NCBI RefSeq assembly: GCF_000143415.4
Contig: NW_003314501.1
Coordinates: 1-12,828 of the forward strand
Direction: 5' to 3'
DNA: 12,828 nucleotides
Source of the DNA: Selaginella moellendorffii
Taxonomy: Eukaryota; Plantae; Lycopodiophyta
The number at the start of each line of letters is the position of its first letter. Position 1 is the stretch's first letter. The translations under genes were made by a program, and so were the position numbers. The notes below the pieces were generated by a model that saw only the letters and a program-made list of their open reading frames with translations, was not told the DNA's origin and did not search any database. Shown here piece by piece: positions 7,803 through 12,828 of this stretch.

Positions 7803-9614
7803 TGTGAGACACAAATTCCTAAGCCCCAAAGTGGAGCCGAAAGGGTGCCACGTGGTAGTGGCCGAAGCAAAAGCCAAACGAGCGTAACACGTTTGGACTA
7901 AAAAGGCTTCAACTTGAAAAGTTGAGAGCAGGAGAGGAACTCCCAACGGAGTGCTCAAGGAACGAGCATGAGGCAAGCAATAAGCGAGGCTCCAAAAAGG
8001 GACCCAAAAGGACCAACACATGACACGTGGTAGTGTCCGAGATGGAGTCCGAGATGGACCCGAGTTGGAGTCCGAAGTGGAGTCCGAGATGAACCCGAGT
8101 TGGAGTCCGAGATGGAGTCCGAGATGGACCCGAGTTGGAGTCCGAAGTGGAGTCCGAGATGGACACGAGTTGGAGTCCGAGGTAGAGTCCGAGATGGACC
8201 CGAGATGGACCCGAGATGGAGTCCGAGATGGACCCGAGATGGACCCAAGATGGAGTCCGAGGTGGAGTCCGAGATGGACCCGAGATGGAGTCCGAGATGG
8301 ACCCCAGATGGAGTCCGAGATGGACCCGAGATGGACCCGAGATGGAGTCTGAGGTGGAGTCCAAGATGGACCCGAGATGGAGTCCAAGATGGAGTCCGAG
8401 ATGGACCCAAGATGGAGTCCGAGATGGAACCAAGACCGAGACCGAGTCCGAGTCCGAAACCGGGACCGAGACCAAGTCCGAGTCCGAGACCGAGACCAAG
8501 ACCGAGTCCGAGTCCGAAACCGGGACCGAGACCAAGTCCGAGTCCAAGTTCGAGCCCGAGTCCGAGTCTGAATACTAATACAGGCAGTTGGGTGAAAGCC
8601 CAAAGTGACCGTCCCCCAGGGGGGGGGGGGTGCGGGGGGTTCCAAAAGTATAGTAGGGAGAGTGTGGGGGTTGGAGCCCAGTGGAGCCAGTTTGACCAGG
8701 AAAGGCTAGTTTGGCCTAGGAAAGGCCAATTTGGCCCAGGAAGACCATACCCAGTGTTGGGTGATGAACTGACCACTGGGAAGTCCAAGACTAGAGTGAA
8801 TACGGACCGACAAGCGGGGTAGCTGGGTGAAGTGTTCAAGAGCCGGCTCTAGTTCCCCCGGGAGATCGACTGGCCGATACTCCCAGTCCAAGGGTGGGTG
8901 GCACTATCTACTTGGATACCAGGCGTGGCTCAACGGAACCTCGCTCTAAGCCCATAGCTAGAGCACCCAAAGGCGGAAGGCAGGGAGAGTACCCACGAGG
9001 CTTGCATAAGGCCACGGTGTTCCGAAGTGTTGTCCCAAAGACCCAGACTGTGGAAAGGAAGAGGAGTAGTCCTTTGGTGTAGTGACCAAGGATACAGTCG
9101 TGGGGTGAGGAAGTCCCAGAGGACCATGGGACTTAGTGGTCGGGCCTGTGGGCCTTGATCCAGTGGCAGTGTCGGCGAACTCAGCCAAGGACAGAAAGGG
9201 ACTTGGTGGGGACCAGAAAGGAGATATTGAGGAAGGCTATTCCCCATGTCTGCGGGCATCCTAAGGATGCTAAGGGGTGGATTGGGGATGATCACTCATA
9301 GATAGATGGCCCAGTCTTGGAGAGACGGGATTGCAATGTAGGTGGTGTTGGACCACTGATGTGACCAAGGTGATTGGGCATGGCCTAGCGTAATGGGCTG
9401 GCATGTTGGTGGTGCCTTGGGGTGTCGGTCATGGGACCGGACACGTGGAGCACTTGGACCAAGTGCAAAGGTTGAGTGGCATGGATGCCTTTTTCGGGGC
9501 TAGCAAGCCCCAAGTCCTGAGTGGGACTTATGAAGGTTGTGAATGAGACTCCTCCAAGTGGTCGGATATGCGGTTAAGTGACTAAAGTAGAATGGAAAAA
9601 ATTAGTCACTTACA
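7803..9614 (+). mobile_element. Family A copy 4: full-length 1812-bp TG...CA unit, probable solo LTR
   Basis: Begins TGTGAGACAC and ends GTCACTTACA. Perfect 5-bp TSD CTCGG at 7798-7802 and 9615-9619. No adjacent PBS, PPT or coding region. Confidence 0.9.
8036..8570 (+). repeat. Bipartite CCGAG-core minisatellite inside copy 4
   Basis: Mixed CCGAGATGGAGT (12-mer) and CCGAGATGGAC (11-mer) units to about 8429, then CCGAGA/CCGAGT hexamers. Confidence 0.95.
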
Positions 9615-9887
9615 CTCGGGTCCATCTCAGGTCCTTCTCGGGTCCATCTCGGACTCCTGCCATGTGTCATGTGTTGGTTCTCTTTTGTCCCTTTTCTAGA
9701 GACTCACTTTTTGCTTGCTTCATGCTTATTCCTTGAGCACTTTGTTGGGAATTCCACTCCCGCTCTCGACTTTTCAAGTCGAAGCTTTCAGTCCAAACGT
9801 ATTACACTTGTTTGGTTTTCGCTTCAGCCACTACCACATGGCACCCTTCCGGCTCCACTTTGGGGCCTAGGGATTTTGTGTCTCACA

Positions 9888-10752
9888 CTCAGTCAATGGA
9901 AGAGAAATTCTTGCAAAATTATGGACAAACTTGCGATAGTATCCCGCCAAACTAAGAAAGGAACGAATATCTGATACAATGATTGGGACTTCCCAGGACT
10001 TCACCGCTTCCACCTTCTTTGGATCCACCTCAATTACGCCACCAACAACTATATGTCCAAGAAAGTTCATATTGCATTTACTTTCTTTAGCATATAATTT
10101 GTGTTCACACAACTTCTAAAACATCAGCACCAAGTGTTTCAAATGATCCTCCAACATTTCACTGAAGACTAGAACACTGTTGATATAAAGGACAACAAAT
10201 GTGTCCAAATATTGTCTGAATATTCTATCTATTATTGTGCTAAATGTTGCTAGAGCATTACATAACCGAAATAGCATGACAAGGAACTAATAAGATCCGT
10301 ACCGAGTCTTAAAGACTGTTTTCTCCACATCTTGATCTACCACCTATATCTGATGATACCCAGACTGCAAATCAAGCCGCATAAAATATTAAGCCTTTAA
10401 GTGGTGGTCAAACAAGTCATCAATGCAAGACAAAGGATAACTATTTTTGACTGTGATCTTGTTTGAGAGCCCTATAATTGATACACATTCTCATAGTTCC
10501 ATCCTTTTTCATAACAAAAACAACTAGAGCTCCATAAGATGACTTGCTTGGTCAGATATGACCTTTATCAAGAAGCTCCATGAGTTGCTTATTGAGTTTA
10601 GCCATCTCTTTGATGTTCAAATGATATGGAGCTTGCATAGGTGGTTTAAAACCCAGAAAAACCATAATATAATAATCAACCTCACGGCTAGAAGGTAGTC
10701 CCGATGGCAAATCCTTCGGACAAATATCCTGATTCAGCACCAACAACTCCAA
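9888..10752 (-). pseudogene. pol: Reverse transcriptase domain, disrupted
   Basis: LPSGLPSSREVDY...APY, YPLSCIDDLFD, LDLQSGYHQI, KTVFKTRYGSY, catalytic YIDD decayed to YINS (10187-10176), FLGHIV...DPKKVEAVKSW...RSFLSLAGYYRKFVHNFARISLPLTE. Cut at 9888 by family A copy 5. Confidence 0.95.
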
Positions 10753-10959
10753 TATCTTCTTTTGTACATGATCAACTGCATCACTGATTCAAACTAAGTC
10801 AGTAACACCTTCAGCTTCCATCAATTGAACCCAAAAGGTCTAACATCCTCTCTTATCTACTTTTTGAGTGGCTCTTGCAATCAGGAACTTAGCATCTTAA
10901 TCCTTTAAGGAATGCTTTTGCAACTAGAAGGACATATTAGAATGTCCTTCTGACCTCAA

Positions 10960-11290
10960 TGTGATGCAACTTTGTTTAGAACCATAGATCCCTTTAATAT
11001 ATTTTTTAAAGAAATCCATACCAAATACCATATAAAAATCTGGTATCTTCAATGCTACCAAGTCCACTCTTTCTTTCCACTTGGATATTTTTATTAGAAC
11101 ATCAATTACAAAATTTTTTGCCTACATGCCCACTTTTCGCAAACCAGAAATGTATAGGTGACATCTACTCAGCAATTAATCCTAACAACTTAACTAAGTT
11201 TTTGGATATCATGGAGTGTGTAGCTCCTGTATCAATCATCACTCGGACTTAATGTCCATGGACCAGACTTACCAGATACATCAATAGATT
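10960..11290 (-). pseudogene. pol: Aspartic protease domain, disrupted
   Basis: VRVMIDTGATHSMIS with DTGA at 11233-11222. DFYMVFGMDF at 11040-11011 corresponds to the ILGxDxL motif. Same frame as the zinc knuckle apart from one TAA. Confidence 0.88.
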
Positions 11291-11452
11291 AATATTTGCA
11301 TTGACTATGAGAAAAACTTGAGGAAAGTAACAAAAGTAGCTCACCTCCTCTTCCTCATAGTTTGCATTGATCAACTTGTCAACCTCTTTAGCTTCACCAC
11401 CAATATCTTCCCTCGTGACATTAATACGAAACCTTGTCTTATGTTTGTTGGG

Positions 11453-12560
11453 ACATTCCAAGGACCTATGTCCTATCTCTCCACAATCGAAGCAATGACC
11501 CCCACTACCTGTTCCACTAGGAGCAGGTTTCTCAAGTTGCTGCTACTTGTGCCCATTAGGAGGAGGAATAGAGTGCCTAGGATCAGAAGAAGCTGCTGGT
11601 GGTTGCCAACCACCAACTTTGTTAACCATTGTTTGTGAGCTTCCAAAGTGGAACTTTCCTTCCACCATCTATTTTCAATCATCTTATTTATTCCTAGAAT
11701 TCTTATTCTTGTCCAAGCTACCAGCATATGGCTGCTGATATTATTCCATGAGTGAGTGACTACAGGCAACTTGTTGTGCTGCCTCCTTACACTCTAGGTA
11801 TGTCTTCGGCTTAAACTTCAAAATTTTATTGTGACAAAGTGAACTTAATCTTTCTAGAAAATAACTTTGAGCATCTTCATGATTCACATTTGCAATCATA
11901 ATGCACTTCTGAGCAAACACATTAACATAATGCATAAGGTCCCCTTGTTACTTTAACTACCGCAGCTCCATGTGAAGTCTTAGACAAAGATCATTTGGCA
12001 AGTATTTCTTATGGATACGAGACTGCATCTTGGTCCAGCTTCTAGTCTGCCTTTTTTCAGCACACACTTGATGCCACCAAGTTTTGGTATGATCGGTAAG
12101 AAAGGATTGTGTGCATACAACTTTCCTATAATCATCTATGTTTGCCACTATAAAATAATTTTCCATATTGTAGACCCAATCTTCCAAAACTTGATAGTCC
12201 CGTATGCCTCTAAAATTGGGAGGTTTTGGAGGTTTGAACTTTGAAACTTGTGTAGCCATGGGTAGTTGCAAAACTTTATCATCCTCAGAACTTGAAAAGA
12301 GGTCTAGTTGCTTAGGTTTAGCTAGTTTGGCTGCCTTAACTTTTTTTTTCCACTTTTTGTTCTCCTTTTTCAATTTGTGAACTTCCTTTTGCAGATTCTT
12401 GATCTCAACTTCCTTAGCTGTTTGCTGTAGTGCCACAGCATTTGGCTCTTCCTCTTCTGACACAGCCTCAGCTTCTTTCACAGCATTTCTAGTAGGAGTT
12501 TCCTCCTCTCAATTTGCTTATCTAGAGGTTTTAGCATAATTAGCACGGTTCCTTTTCACA
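11453..12560 (-). pseudogene. gag: Gag (capsid-like region plus CCHC zinc knuckle), disrupted; 5' limit approximate
   Basis: ORF 12481-11957 contains FKPPKPPNFRG...LEDWVYNMENYF...KTWW, typical of retrotransposon gag. Continuation at 11935-11741. CX2CX4HX4C knuckle CFDCGEIGHRSLEC at 11494-11453. Confidence 0.9.
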
Positions 12561-12772
12561 ATCCCACTAGTGAATGGTGTAATCCAACTAATTCTACACA
12601 AATTGCTTCAGATCTACTAGAAAAATCTCTACATATGCAACTTGAGTCAGAAAATCTGACAAAAGTTGGATAGGAATTGCTGAGACAATTCCTTTGATAC
12701 AAAATATAGCACACCTAAATTTGGAGTCAAACTCCAAGTCTGTTGCGCTACAAAACAAGGGTTTAATATAAT

Positions 12773-12784
12773 CCTCTAATACCA
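12773..12784 (-). promoter_or_regulatory. Primer-binding site, tRNA-iMet type (decayed)
   Basis: Minus strand TGGTATTAGAGG matches the canonical TGGTATCAGAGC at 10/12. It lies 2 nt after a CA and upstream of gag. Confidence 0.7.
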
Positions 12785-12786
12785 AA

Positions 12787-12828
12787 TGTAGCACACTTGA
12801 ATTTAGAGCCAAACTCCAAACCCATTGC
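12787..12828 (-). repeat. 3' end (U5) of the chromovirus 5' LTR
   Basis: Minus strand reads ...AAGTGTGCTACA, then a 2-nt spacer (TT), then the PBS-like sequence. The LTR continues beyond the window. Confidence 0.65.

Larger units (their letters stand above)
7311..9887 (-). mobile_element. Family A copy 5: inverted, internally deleted, host to copy 4 (pieces 9887-9615, 7802-7729, 7452-7405 / 7358-7311)
   Basis: Minus strand starts TGTGAGACACAAAATCCC at 9887. Flanks are CTCAG (9888-9892) and CTCAA (7306-7310). 7311-7358 matches 2249-2296. Confidence 0.8.
4198..12828 (-). mobile_element. Degenerate Ty3/gypsy chromovirus LTR retrotransposon (host of nested insertions)
   Basis: Minus-strand domain order gag-PR-RT-RH-INT-chromodomain is the gypsy order. 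PBS near 12773-12784 and PPT-like tract at 4509-4523. Many stops and frameshifts. Interrupted at 6580-7250 and 7311-9887. Confidence 0.95.

Noticed and set aside
8036-8570. CRISPR-like or telomeric array
   Set aside because: Units are contiguous with no unique spacers, there are no cas genes, and the motif is not a telomere repeat I recognise.
7698-8839. Long overlapping ORFs (200-315 aa) rich in RS/SD/GL repeats, also at 906-1382 and 7396-7901
   Set aside because: They are translations of the stop-poor CCGAG satellite in several frames on both strands. The 11-mer units shift frame, and there is no recognisable domain.
4736-12481. Active autonomous retrotransposon
   Set aside because: Many stops and frameshifts, YIDD changed to YINS, and two insertions within pol.

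Overview
Eukaryotic, most likely plant, retrotransposon-nest DNA with no intact host gene. The backbone is one decayed Ty3/gypsy chromovirus on the minus strand: end of 5' LTR and tRNA-iMet PBS at about 12773-12828, then gag with CCHC knuckle, protease, RT, RNase H, integrase, chromodomain ending at 4736, and a probable PPT/3' LTR at 4523-4198. Two things are inserted into it. (i) A complete 671-bp TRIM (6580-7250) with 162/161-bp LTRs, PBS, PPT and TSD CAAAA. (ii) Two stacks of a ~1.8-kb TG...CA element, called family A here and most likely solo LTRs. At least five copies are nested inside one another (22-4197 and 7311-9887). Family A carries an internal CCGAG-core minisatellite, and three insertion junctions fall exactly on that core, which suggests a self-targeting landing pad. 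All long low-complexity ORFs come from this satellite or from the 406-N gap (2709-3114). The + orientation for family A is arbitrary (TGTGAGAC end first). All alignments were done by eye.
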